Origin: Cyanophora paradoxa CCMP329
Lineage: Eukaryota; Plantae; Glaucophyta
Length of the DNA: 64,000 nt
Assembly: GCA_004431415.1 (NCBI GenBank)
Contig: QPMI01000408.1
Span: 1-64,000, forward strand
Direction of reading: 5' to 3'
The position numbers and the translations under genes were made by a program. Position 1 is the stretch's first letter, and each line of letters opens with the position of its first letter. The notes beneath the pieces were generated by a model. It saw only the letters and a program-made list of their open reading frames with translations. It was not told where the DNA came from and did not search any database. Shown piece by piece: positions 10,795 through 21,903 of the stretch.

Positions 10795-10829
10795 TCGGGA
10801 CTCGGGACTCGGGACTCGGGACTCGGGAC
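10795..10829. repeat. (TCGGGAC)5 tandem repeat in the PLV terminal region
   Basis: Read directly. Other short repeats lie nearby (TACCCCAATCGGTTACG x3 at ~11011-11095). Confidence 0.9.
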
Positions 10830-11146
10830 TCCGGGAAGTTGGCAAGTCGGTCAGTCACTGGTCATGATCAGTCATATATATATGCTACTGGTCAGTCAAG
10901 TTTTGGTGTCGCGATCGGCTTGTCGTTAAATCGACAAGTAATGGCGGCTTGTCGAAAAAACGTCAAGTCTGTTGCGGCTTGTCGTAAAAACGTCAAGCCG
11001 ACGAAAGATATACCCCAATCGGTTACGCGAGCCTCTACCCCAATCGGTTACGCCCGCATAACCGGTTATGCGAGCCTCTACCCCAATCGGTTACGGTCAC
11101 ATCCGCGATTGGTCGAATTCAAAAAAAAACATTAAATTTTACTTCG

Positions 11147-11870
11147 ATGCATTCTACATGTTTTCGGGATCGCCGCAATGTGATGACCCCGAATATGTCG
11201 GTGACGCCGGTGTATATATGTATATGTCGACATATATAAAAAAGACAAAACAAACCCGATCACTGACACAGAGGTTCGGACGTATATATGATAAATATAT
11301 ATTTTTGAGTCGTTATTTTTATATATATACTATCGCCCTGCGATCACATCACGATTTATCAGATGGCGATCAGCTGATGTATCACACTACGATCAGCCCT
11401 ATCAGCTGATTTATCAGATGGCGATCAGCTGATATATCACACTACGATCAGCTCTATCAGCTGATTTATCAGATGGCGATCAGCTGATTTATCACACTAC
11501 GATCAGCCCTATCAGCTGATTTATCAGATGGCGATCAGCTGATATATCACACTACGATCAGCTCTATCAGCTGATTTATCAGATGGCGATCAGCTGATTT
11601 ATCACACTACGATCAGCCCTATCAGCTGATTTATCACACTACGATCAGCCCTATCAGCTGATTTATCACACTACGATCAGACCACGTAAAAATACTACGC
11701 TATCGCATGCTACATGTTTTCGGAATCGCCGCGATGTGATTACCCCGAATATGTCGGTGACGCCGGTATATATATGTATATGTCATCATATGCGAAAAAA
11801 AACAAAAAAACAAAAATGCAAAGTTGTGCGGGATCACACACAGGGAGGTTCGGACATATATACGAAATAT
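11147..11870. repeat. ~150-bp imperfect direct repeats (~11147-11300 and ~11706-11870) bracketing a tandem array
   Basis: TACATGTTTTCGG.ATCGCCGC.ATGTGAT.ACCCCGAATATGTCGGTGACGCCGGT occurs twice. Confidence 0.85.
11353..11680. repeat. 55-bp tandem repeat (5 full + 2 partial copies) rich in palindromic ATCAGCTGAT
   Basis: Unit GATTTATCAGATGGCGATCAGCTGAT(G/A/T)TATCACACTACGATCAGC(C/T)CTATCAGCT. Confidence 0.92.
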
Positions 11871-13724
11871 ATACATGACTGAATTGTTATTTTTTCATAG
11901 AACTCGCATGTTGTTCGCATGTATCTTGCATAGTGGGCGGGGCGCGAGTGGTTCCAGTGCATTAAATGGAACATTTCGATTGAAGTCGCGAGTGTGTGCA
12001 GGTGGGCATTTTCGGCATGCTTGCTCATGCACATACTTGCTTTCGTTATTTTTCATTGCTTGCGATAAATCGATTAATCGTGTTCTATCGTCGTACTTTG
12101 TCGATTATCGTACTCTATCGGTGGGGTTCACCTTGATTTCGTATTTGATCCATCCGGATTAAGGCTATCGGTGGGGGTCACCTTGATTTTTCAATTTGGG
12201 TAACTGAAAACAGTCCGGAAACGATCGGGAACATTTCGTAAAAATGAGGGTCTTACTGTCCTTACTGAGAGATCGGGGGAAAGTTAAAGGGCTTACTGGG
12301 AATGGTAAGGAATTAGAAAAATGAAGAATGAAAGGGTTTCGTGATTGGTTTCAGTAAGGAAGGGTTAGATGTTTGAAAAATACAATGTGGCTCAGTGCGA
12401 ATTTGTGATTTTGTGACTGAGATTCGTGATGCTGAAAATGTGCTTATTGAAAATGGTCGCGGGAAGGTCGCGCAATTGGTGGGGGTGACCACCCAGCGAG
12501 CGGGGGCCCCGGTGGAGGCCCCGAGGTCCAGTGTCGACTGCGCGGGGTGCGGACTCGGCAGCATCGTCTAGGCGCCGGCGCCGTCGGACCCAGCACCCCA
12601 AGCCGATTCCCACGGACAGGCTAAGCGCCGTGAGTATCGCCAGGGCGGCCCAGCTGGGACTAGATAGGGGCCCGAGGATCTCAGCGGCGCAGACGGAGGG
12701 AAAGAGAGCCCAGGCGGGGGGGTCAGCTAGGGGCCCGAGGACCGGAGCGAAGCTGGCCGCCGTCGGGAGGAGGGCGAGGAAAAGAAGGGAAAACAGACCG
12801 GGGGTGGAAAGGCCAGGTCGGGGGCCCGGGTTTCTGCGGTGGTAAAGCGCCATCAGAGAGTCGGGGTGCTGCGGCGGGCGGCGAGCAGGCGGGCGGAGGC
12901 GCGCGCGCCGCGGAGAGCGAACAGCAGGGGGGCATCTTACCCCGGTGAGCCTTGCGGCCCCGGGGGATCGACGCGCGGATTGCCTATCCACGGAGAGCCG
13001 GACCGCTCGACGACGGCGTGTGGCCCCGTGGTATCGGCGCAACGGGGGGGACCGGACGGATAGCCAAACCGCGCGACGACGGTGTAAGGCCCCGTTACAT
13101 CGATCCGTTTGTGAATTGAGGGAGGGCTTATTCACGGATAGCCAAACCGCGCGACGGCGGTGTAAGGCCCCATGACATCGGCCAGAGGGCGGCATGCCTT
13201 TAGCGTCGGCAGCGAACGCGGGGGGCACGTCGTTCGAACGTCGGCCGCCCGCGCCCGCCACGCAGTGAAAGAGTGGTGATTTGAGAACTGCGGGGCGGGC
13301 GTGAGGCCCGGGCGGGTGGCGCGAACGACGCGCGAGGCGGGGTGATGTCCCTTCGCAAGGGCGCATCGCACGGGGGCTTCTGCAAGCAGAAGGAGCTTGT
13401 TCGGTCGGTCGCCGCCCGGCTCGAGTTCCGTCGCGGGCGGCGTTGGCTTCTTGGTGGTCGCTCGGCTCGAGAGTGAGCGCGGCGCCACATCGTTCGACTC
13501 CCTCTGCACCGCCGAGCTGCGACGCCGCTTGGATTGCATCTTGTTGTTGGCGTTGCGTCGCGAGCCTTGTTTTCGGCTCCGGTGTGCTCGGGCGGTGTCC
13601 TCCAGCTCCGTTTGGTGCCGGGAGGCTGCTTATGCTGCTGGTCGATGCGCTAGCATCGCCAGTTTCCCGTACGCGCAGGCCTTCGCGATGGCCTGGGTAC
13701 ATCGTTTTTTTTTCCCCACAATCA

Positions 13725-15555
13725 GAGATCATGGGATCCTGCCACACACCCTGTTTGGGAGATTTACGAAACTTCAGAAAGCGAGTCAAACATGCTTCTT
13801 AAGCATAATCTATCATGTAAGTCTTTCTATCATGTTGCGGAGATCACGGGCAGCCAGCCGTTTCAAAGTTTGCGAATTTCGGAAATGAGCAAAGCAGAGC
13901 GTGCAGCAGGCCTGAAGGTGCTGTGGGCATAGGCTCGAGAGATGCGGTCCTGCCACACTGTGACACACCTTGTTGGAGAAATTTACGAAATCTCAAAAAG
14001 CGAGTCAAACCTGCTTCTTAAGCATAATCTATCATGTAAGTCATTCTATCATGTCGAGGAGATCACGGACAGCCAGCCGTTTCAAAGTTTGCGAATTTCG
14101 GCCCGGCGGAAATGAGCAAAACCAGAGCGTGCAGCAGGCTCCATGGTGCTGTGGGCATAGGCTCGAGAGATGCGGTCCTGTCACACACCCTGTTTGGGAG
14201 ATTTACGAAATCTCAAAAAGCGAGTGAAACCTGCTTCTTAAGCATTATCTATCATGTAAGTCATTCTATCATGTCGTGGAGATCACGGGCAGCCAGCCGT
14301 TTCAAAGTTTGCGAATTTCGGAAATGAGCAAAGCAGAGCGTGCAGCAGGCCTGAAGGTGCTGTGGGCATAGGCTCGAGAGATGCAGTCTTGCCACACACC
14401 CTGTTTGGGAGATTTACGAAACTTCAGAAAGCGATTCAAACCTGCTTCTTAAGCATAATCTACCATGCAAGTCATTCTATCATGTCGAGGAGATCACGGG
14501 CAGCCAGCCGTTTCAAAGTTTGCGAATTTCGGAAATGAGCAAAGCAGAGCGTGCAGCAGGCTCCATGGTGCTGTGGGCATAGGCTCGAGAGATGCGGTCC
14601 TGCCACACACCTTGTTTGAGAAATTTACGAAATCTCAAAAAGCGAGTCAAACCTGCTTCTTAAGCATAATCTATCATGTAAGTCATTCCATCATGTCGAG
14701 GAGATCACGGGCAGCCAGCCGTTTCAAAGTTTGCGAATTTCGGAAATGAGCAAAAGCAGAGCGTGCAGCAGGCTCCATGGTGCTGTGGGCATAGGCTCGA
14801 GAGATGCGGTCCTGTCACACACCCTGTTTGGGAGATTTACGAAATCTCAAAAAGCGAGTCAAACCTGCTTCTTAAGCATTATCTATCATGTAAGTCATTC
14901 TATCATGTCGTGGAGATCACGGGCAGCCAGCCGTTTCAAAGTTTGCGAATTTCGGAAATGAGCAAAGCAGAGCGTGCAGCAGGCTCCATGGTGCTGTGGG
15001 CATAGGCTCGAGAGATGCGGTCCTGCCACACACCTTGTTGGAGAAATTTACGAAATCTCAAAAAGCGAGTCAAACCTGCTTCTTAAGCATTATCTATCAT
15101 GTAAGTCATTCCATCATGTCGAGGAGATCACGGGCAGCCAGCCGTTTCAAGGTTTGCGAATTTCGGAAATGAGCAAAACCAGAGCGTGCAGCAGGCTCCA
15201 TGGTGCTGTGGGCATAGGCTCTAGAGATGCGGTCCTGTCACACACCCTGTTTGGTAGATTTACGAAATCTCAAAAAGCGAGTCAAACCTGCTTCTTAAGC
15301 ATAATTCTGTCATGCAAGTCATTCTATCATGTCGTGGAGATCACGGGCAGCCAGCCGTTTCAAAGTTTGCGAATTTCGGAAATGAGCAAAACCAGAGTGT
15401 GCAGCAGGTCGGAAGGTGCTGTAGGCATAGGCTCGAGAGATGTGGTCCTGTCACACCCTGTTTGGGAAATCTACAAAACTTCAGAAAGCGAGTCAAACCT
15501 GCTTCCCAAGCGTGCTCTATTGTGCAAGCCATTCTATCATGTCGAAGAGATCACG
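13725..15555. repeat. ~211-bp satellite-like tandem array, ~8.5 copies
   Basis: The marker TTCAAAGTTTGCGAATTTCGG recurs at ~13862, 14081, 14301, 14512, 14723, 14935, 15146 and 15359. Confidence 0.95.
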
Positions 15556-16199
15556 CTGGACGGCCCAGATCCCCGCTCCCGGCAAGGCTCGCGCCGGGGC
15601 AGAAAAGCACATCGAGCTCATTGAGCTCACCGTGGCACCCCCGCGGCCAGGGTGGGGGGCGGCGGGGGGATGCAGAGGGGAGGGCTGGGGAAGGCCTCGC
15701 GATCCGCGTGTCAAGCCGTGGGGAGTTCAATCTCGATGCCGAGGCGTCAGGGCCAGGCCGAGGGCGACCGCGGGGCGAGCGGCCGCGGGGCGCAGATCTA
15801 GAGGCGCTTCGCTCTGGTCAGCTGCATGCATAGAAAGGGCGCACGCCTCACGCATCCGCACCTCGCGAAGGCGCTTGCTTAACAGAGCGTTTATACGCTC
15901 GAATGCGAACATGTGATCGGGGGCCTTGAGCTTTCGTTCATGACGGCCCGGCTTAGACTGCGCTTCGCTCTGTCGGCTACATGCACAGAAAGGGCGCCTC
16001 GCACGCCTCACGCATGCGCACCTCGCGAAGGCGCTTGCTAAGCAGAGTGTTCATATCCTCGAATGCGAACATGTCGAGCTCCCGAGTCGAGCTCCGGGGG
16101 TAGTGAGTCGAGCTTGTCTCAAGTGATCATCAGCGAGACAGAGCTTCGGCGGGACTCACTCGCCTGGGCTCTATCGTGTAATCAGCTGGTCACTCCCAC

Positions 16200-17860
16200 G
16201 CCGCAGGAGCCCGCGCCAGGCTGCCCCCGAGCGCCTCGGACTCGAGGGGACGACGCCGCGACGCCGCCGCGACGCCGCCAGCTGCCGAGCCCACCCGTGC
16301 AGCCCCGCCCACGCCCGCTGCCCGCGCGCCGCGTGCCCCGCCGCAGGAGCCCGCGCCAGGCTGCCCCGAGCGCCTCGGACTCGAGGGGACGACGCCGCGA
16401 CGCCGTGAACGACGCCGCCGCCGACGTCGCCAGCTGCCGAGTCCACCCATGCAGCCCCGCCCACGCCCGCTGCCCGCGCGCCGCGTGCCCCGCCGCAGGA
16501 GCCCGCGCCGGGCCACCCCGAGCGCCTCGGACTCGAGGGGACGACGCCGCGACGCCGCCGCGGACGCCGCCAGCTGCTGAGTCCACCCGTGCAGCCCCGC
16601 CCACCCCGCTGCCCGCGCGCCGCCTGGCCCGCCGCAGGAGCCCGCGCCAGGCTGCCCCGAGCGCCTCGGACTCGAGGGACGACGCCGCGACGCCGCCGCG
16701 ACGCCGCCAGCTGCCGAGTCCACCCGTGCAGCCCCGCCCATCCCGCTGCCCGCGCGCCGCGCCCTACGCCGCAGGAGCCCGCGCCAGGCTGCCCCGAGCG
16801 CCTCGGACTCGAGGGGACGCCGCCGCGACGCCGCCGCGACGCCGCCGCGGACGCCGCCAGCTGCCGAGTCCACCCGTGTAGCCCCGCCCACCCCGCTGCC
16901 CGCGCGCCGCGCCCTACGCCGCAGGAGCCCGCGCCGGGCCGCCCCGAGCGCCTCGGACTCGAGGGGACGACTCCGCGACGCCGCCGCCGATGCCGCCAGC
17001 TGCCGAGTCCACCCGTGCAGCCCCGCCCACGCGCGCTGCCCGCGCGCCGCGTGCCCCGCCGCAGGAGCCCGCGCCGGGCCGCCCTCGAGCGCCTCGGACT
17101 CGAGGGGACGACGCCGCAACGCCGCGGCGCCGGCCGACGCCGCCGCCGATGCCGCCAGCTGCCGAGCCCACCCGTGCAGCCCCGCCCACCCCGCTCCCCG
17201 CGCGCCGCCTGGCCCGCCACAGGAGCCCGCGCCAGGCCGCCCCGAGCGCCTCGGACTCGAGGGGACGACGCCGCGACGTCGCCACCGATGCCGCCAGCTG
17301 CGGAGTCCACCCGTGCAGCCCCGCCCACGCGCGCTGCCCGCGCGCAGCGTGCCCCGCCGCAGGAGCCCGCGCCGGGCCGCCCCGAGCGCCTCGGACTCGA
17401 GGGGACGACGCCGCAACGCCGCGGCGCCGGCAGACGTCGCCGCCGACGCCGCCAGCTGCCGAGCCCACCCGTGCAGCCCCGCCCACCCCGCTGCCCGCGC
17501 GCCGCGCCCTACGCCACAGGAGCCCGCGCCAGGCTGCCCCGAGCGCCTCGTACTCGAGGGGACGACGCCGCGACGCCGCGGCGCCGGCCGACCCCGACGC
17601 CGCCAGCTGCCGAGTCCACCCGTGCAGCCCCGCCCACGCCTGCTGCCCGCGCGCCTCGTGCCCCGCCGCAGGAGCCCGCGCCGGGCCGCCCCCGAGCGCC
17701 TCGGACTCGAGGGACGACGCCGTGACGCCGTGGCCGACGCCGCCGCCGATGCCGCCAGCTGCCGAGCCCACCCGTGCAGCCCCGCCCGCGCCCCACGCTG
17801 CAGGACCCCCCGCCGGCCCGCCCCCAAGCGTCTTAAATTCGAGGGGACGACGCCCGCATG
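16200..17860. repeat. GC-rich ~140-160-bp minisatellite, ~11 copies
   Basis: Unit containing CAGGAGCCCGCGCC...GAGCGCCTCGGACTCGAGGGGACGACGCC...CCAGCTGCCGAG.CCACCCGTGCAGCCCCGCCC. Confidence 0.93.
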
Positions 17861-17931
17861 TCATACCATGCAGCAGCTTTGGATGAATGTGCTCGAACTT
17901 GATGTACTCTACAGATAATTACCCTAGCAAT

Positions 17932-19262
17932 CTAAACACTGTGGGTTGGGATGTCTTGAATTGAAGCCAGGCCTTCTTCAGGACTCAGAAAGTGTAGCCA
18001 CCGCCGCACCTTGTTTGGAGTCTCCTCCGGCACAAATTCGAGTGCTTCAGTGGTAATGGTGCAGGTGTCGACGTCCGGCGATGGGGTCGCGAGATGCTTG
18101 CAGGGGCCACCGTTACAGCAGTCGCGACACCGGCATGCTTTGGAGCACTGCACTTTAGCTCTCAGGCAAGAGCAGTGCTTGTGCTGGCAGCCGGACTTCC
18201 GGCAGTTGCACTTAGGGTGGCTCTGCGCCTGCGCCTTCCGGCACTGAGCCTGGGCAGCGAATTAAGGGGATCGAATTAAGGGGATCGGACCTTCAAATTT
18301 GGTTTTGGGAGGGTCCGGCGGTTGTAGCTTCCCTGGGCAGGAACGCGGATTGCACCAGACCTGCGTGTGTATCTTGAGCATTGGGGCATTGGGATTGCAT
18401 TCGCACCCATATGCACCCATATGTATTGGGGCATTCGCGTGCTGCACCAGTGTTGAAAAAACTGGGGCACGGCTGGCAGAGGGACACCTCCTTTCTCGCT
18501 GCTCCGTCAAGGCCTGCGTAGCGCGTCGAGATGATGCTTGTGATGGCACTGTGGGTCTCGCGGCTGAGCTTGCACTCGCCAATGTAGAAGCCGGCGCAGT
18601 GCGGTGCCTGTTCGAGAGCCTTCACGAAAGACTCGCCAGATGCATTCGTCAACTTTGCCGCATCAGACGTAGACGAAACCTCGAGACCAGCTTTGACGTA
18701 CCAAATCATTCTCTCCCACGTTGAGGCCGCGGATGCAGAGTCTTGGTGTCTTCAGGATCGCGATAATGTACCGCTCAAACCAGTCGTCGTTCAGATTCCA
18801 GTGGTGGCAGAGAACTGCACGTAAGTTGCCGAGCTGATCCGCCCTCTTTCCAATTACTTGGACCAGACGCGCGAGCTGGCCATGGGCACCGTCAGACGCG
18901 CCCGAAGCGGGTGGTGCTCGGGCGTACCTGGTGCTCGCGCACGTCGCCCTTCTTTACGACGATCTTGATCGCTTGTAGGTCCTCCAGCCTTCTTCCGAGC
19001 GCGATGCGGTCTATAAGGCGGTTGAGCTCCTTGTTCGCACGCGAGTCGCGCGTCCAACGCGGCACCCCATCGGGCCGCTCGGCAGTGCTGAGGAGCTCCT
19101 CCAGAGACAGGTCTGTGGTTGCTGCCTCGGCCAGCTCATGCTGGAGCGCAGCATCTAGCCGGAGATTCAGCAGTGATCAGCACTGTGACAAAAAAAAAGG
19201 TGCTTACAGTTTTGGGTCTGCGTTGTGCGTTCCGAAGACCAGGCTTTCGACGTCGAAGTCAT
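17932..19262 (-). CDS. Multi-exon protein with LRR-like segment and C-terminal CXC (tesmin/TSO1-like) domain
   Basis: Exons read ...LRAVLCHHWNLNDDWFERYIIAILKTPRLCIRGLNVGENDL...LTNASGESFVKALEQ... and CNCRKSGCQHKHCSCLRAKVQCSKACRCRDCCN. GT-AG introns inferred by eye. Confidence 0.6.
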
Positions 19263-20063
19263 GTCAACGTTGCACCGTACCTACACTGGTACTGCTTCGA
19301 ATGGCTACTCTGCAGCTTAGCGAATTCGAATTCGAAATTTGAATTCGATTCGAATCAAGTTCAATTACTTCAATTTGGCAAATTTGAATTCGATTCGAAT
19401 CAAGTTCAGATTTAAAATGATTCAATTGCAATCAAAGAATTCGACAGAATCATGCATATATGCATTTGATCACAGAATCTTCGAATTTTGAAGTTCGCAC
19501 GGCAGCCAGGCTGTTCATGCATGCGCATGCACATACGTTCATAAGCTGCCAATTGCAAGCTGGTCTTACAGACACATCATGCCACGTGCACCATGGCATG
19601 ACGCCTGACGGTCTATATATATATATTCAATGAGACTGCCACAGTGCTACTTTTATATTATTAATCACGCCTTCGAATCCCGCCCGCTCCACATAATTCC
19701 GATCGATCATGTCCCACCTTGCCTGTATACGCCCCCGCAGTGCTGGAGTAGACTAGAGGCTGTGGCCGGTAATTCACCAAAAAAAAAATACTTTTATATT
19801 ATACTGAGCAAGCAAAAACTCTATAAAACTCTGAGTGCCATTAACAAAGTCTAACAAACATGCTGAAACTAGTAACATGTAGCCACACAACAGGCTGCCA
19901 TTCTGCACTGGAAGCCGAAGGTTCTAGTGCAGCTTATAGATATCGATGTACTAACTGACACATGTAGTACATCTCTACAGTGCTTCAAAAACAAAAGGAC
20001 TGAAGAAAGAAATGAAAGATTGATAGAAAAAGAGTGCTGGCAAACTGAGCACCTGTGGACTTG

Positions 20064-21249
20064 TCAGTCATTCTCATCGTCATGATCAAACACACCAGAG
20101 AGATGGGCAGACCTAGTTAGTGAGAATGTCAAAGGAACTGACAATGTCGTTAAAGTCGCGATCCACATCGGCTTCCATGTCGATCGTTGAGCAGTCGTCG
20201 GAGTCATAGGGAAACTCAAGCAGAGTGTCCAAATCTGCTGAGAGCTTGAGCACGACTGTGGGACCAATAAGCGATGCTTGGCCATGGGCTGCTGAGGGCA
20301 CCCGCAGCTGGGCCAGATGCAGGCGCACTCTTGGAAGAGATATCGGTATCCGCCTGGGGATCTGCCAAAGGCTTAAGGACGACTGTGTGACCAGGGGCAG
20401 TGGTGCTTGGGCGGGCTGTAGGGGGCACCCAGGCCAGAGGCTTGCAATTCGCCAGTCTCACCCTTGGAAGAGTTGCTACTGACGACACTTAAGTCTTCCA
20501 GATTGGAGTCTTCAAAAGTAGCCTCAAGATTCTTGATAGGGTGGAGCCCGAGGCCAGGGGGATCGGCCAATTCGAGGGTGATTGGATCTTCTATGAGCGG
20601 CGGCTTGATGCGCAGACGGCCAGTCTTCTTGTATTGGCATCCATCGCCGCAATTGCAGGCAGTCGAGCAGCCCAAACCGCTTTGGAAGCATTTGCAACTG
20701 CCCTTGTCGCATCCCCGCTTGCTGCATCCACATGTGAGTGGAGTTGCCTGAAACATTTTCTGCTGTACAGCTGAGTGCAAATTCTACAACAACAGAAAAG
20801 ACATAACCTGCTTCTCTTCGTCGTCTGACGAGTTCGCGCAATCATCGCAACCGCAAAAGTCTGGCTGGCACTTATGCCCCTGATAGAAGCACGGGCAGTA
20901 ACTGAGATTCAACGAGTCAGCAACTGACATCCTGGATGGGATGCAAACGCGCGGCGCACTTTTGCTTACAACCAGCTTGGCAGCCCGCGCATCCTGGGCC
21001 GTCGCCAGGTCGTCGCGTTCCGGTCAGTGCCGCAATCTTACGCTTACGAGCCAGCTGCTTCTTCTTTCCGGTGCGATCTGTGGGGCTTCCCGCCACAGTG
21101 CGAGGGCTGCTCCTCGGCCGCGCTTTCCGTTCGATCATTGACGCCGCCGCATCCGTTAGCTGTGCAAGGCCGGGTGCGCCAGGACGATCTGCGCGAGGCC
21201 GGGTGCGCCAGGACGCGAGGCAATCGTCAGTCGACGGCGAAACTATCAT
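20064..21249 (-). CDS. Multi-exon protein with two CXC domains (CRC-like)
   Basis: Splicing gives CAGCQAGCKQNYCPCFYQGHKCQPDFCGCDDCAN and CGCSKRGCDKGSCKCFQSGLGCSTACNCGDGCQ. Basic NLS-like KKKQLARKRK and an acidic tail. The 3' end is approximate. Confidence 0.68.
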
Positions 21250-21903
21250 GGAAGACGCTGAACAGGCGTACCACTGAACGCACTAGCGTCCGGGATATTC
21301 ATCCTTCGCTCACGCAGCAATTCGCGTGTTTCTTTTGGCGGGAGCTTCGAGTCGAGCGTACCCCTTACAGTCACTTGCTGGCGAAACGTGCATGCTCGCT
21401 GAGTCCGCGCTGATCCTGCTCTGCTCTCAAAAACAGTTCACCTGAACTATGCTTCAGGGGTAGACTTCCTTTCAGCACTTGCGCCTGAGAGCATATGGCC
21501 ATGGCGGCACAGACGTCGGGCATAGAGCTTGAAGCGGCGAAGCGTGCAAGGGCTGACGTGCGTGGGCTTTGTGCATCGTTGTATTCGAGACCTGATCTGT
21601 AGGGTTTACAGTATGAGTCGCAATACGGACCGATTAGGATTGGCATCTCGTCGAGACCAGCTCGAGAAAGCATGGCTGCTGGCACGGCGTGAACTGGACG
21701 CGGTGATTAGGCGATCCGTGTTCTGAGGCCGATCCGTAGCTGAGCAGGCCAAGCAGGCACAGGCTGAGCTGCGCCAAGTGCGGGGGGAGCTGGATGTGAC
21801 GCGAGCGGACCTGGAGGCTATGCGCGTGGAGCGTGACCAATTGCGCGCGCAGCGCGACGGCGCGCTCAAGGAGCGAGACGCGGAGCGAGCCCATACCGTG
21901 CGA

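Larger units (their letters stand above)
1..12485 (+). mobile_element. Endogenous Polinton-like virus / virophage-like element (left end outside window)
   Basis: Compact, intronless, lower-GC gene cluster with MCP, packaging ATPase, polB-helicase and rve integrase. Repeat-rich non-coding terminus at 10.7-12.5 kb, then an abrupt switch to high-GC sequence after ...AATTGGTGGGGG (~12485). The right boundary is approximate. Confidence 0.85.

Noticed and set aside
10437-11409. Small ORFs at the PLV end (10437..10697, 10740..11135, 11068..11409)
   Set aside because: No recognisable motifs or promoter motif, and two of them overlap short tandem repeats of the terminus.
11353-11680. CRISPR array in the PLV terminus
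   Set aside because: The segments between palindromes are themselves repeated, so this is a plain tandem repeat.
12392-13789. 465-aa minus-strand ORF as a single gene
   Set aside because: It spans satellite DNA, GC-rich repeats and the PLV terminus. Only the segment from 12852 looks possibly coding.
13725-15555. CRISPR-like array or repeated ORFs in the 211-bp repeats
   Set aside because: Units are near-identical along their whole length with no unique spacers and no cas genes. The unit length is not a multiple of 3 and the ORFs stop repeatedly.
16063-17918. Long ORFs (up to 545 aa) in many frames on both strands
   Set aside because: They arise from a stop-poor GC-rich minisatellite and have no consistent frame or domain.
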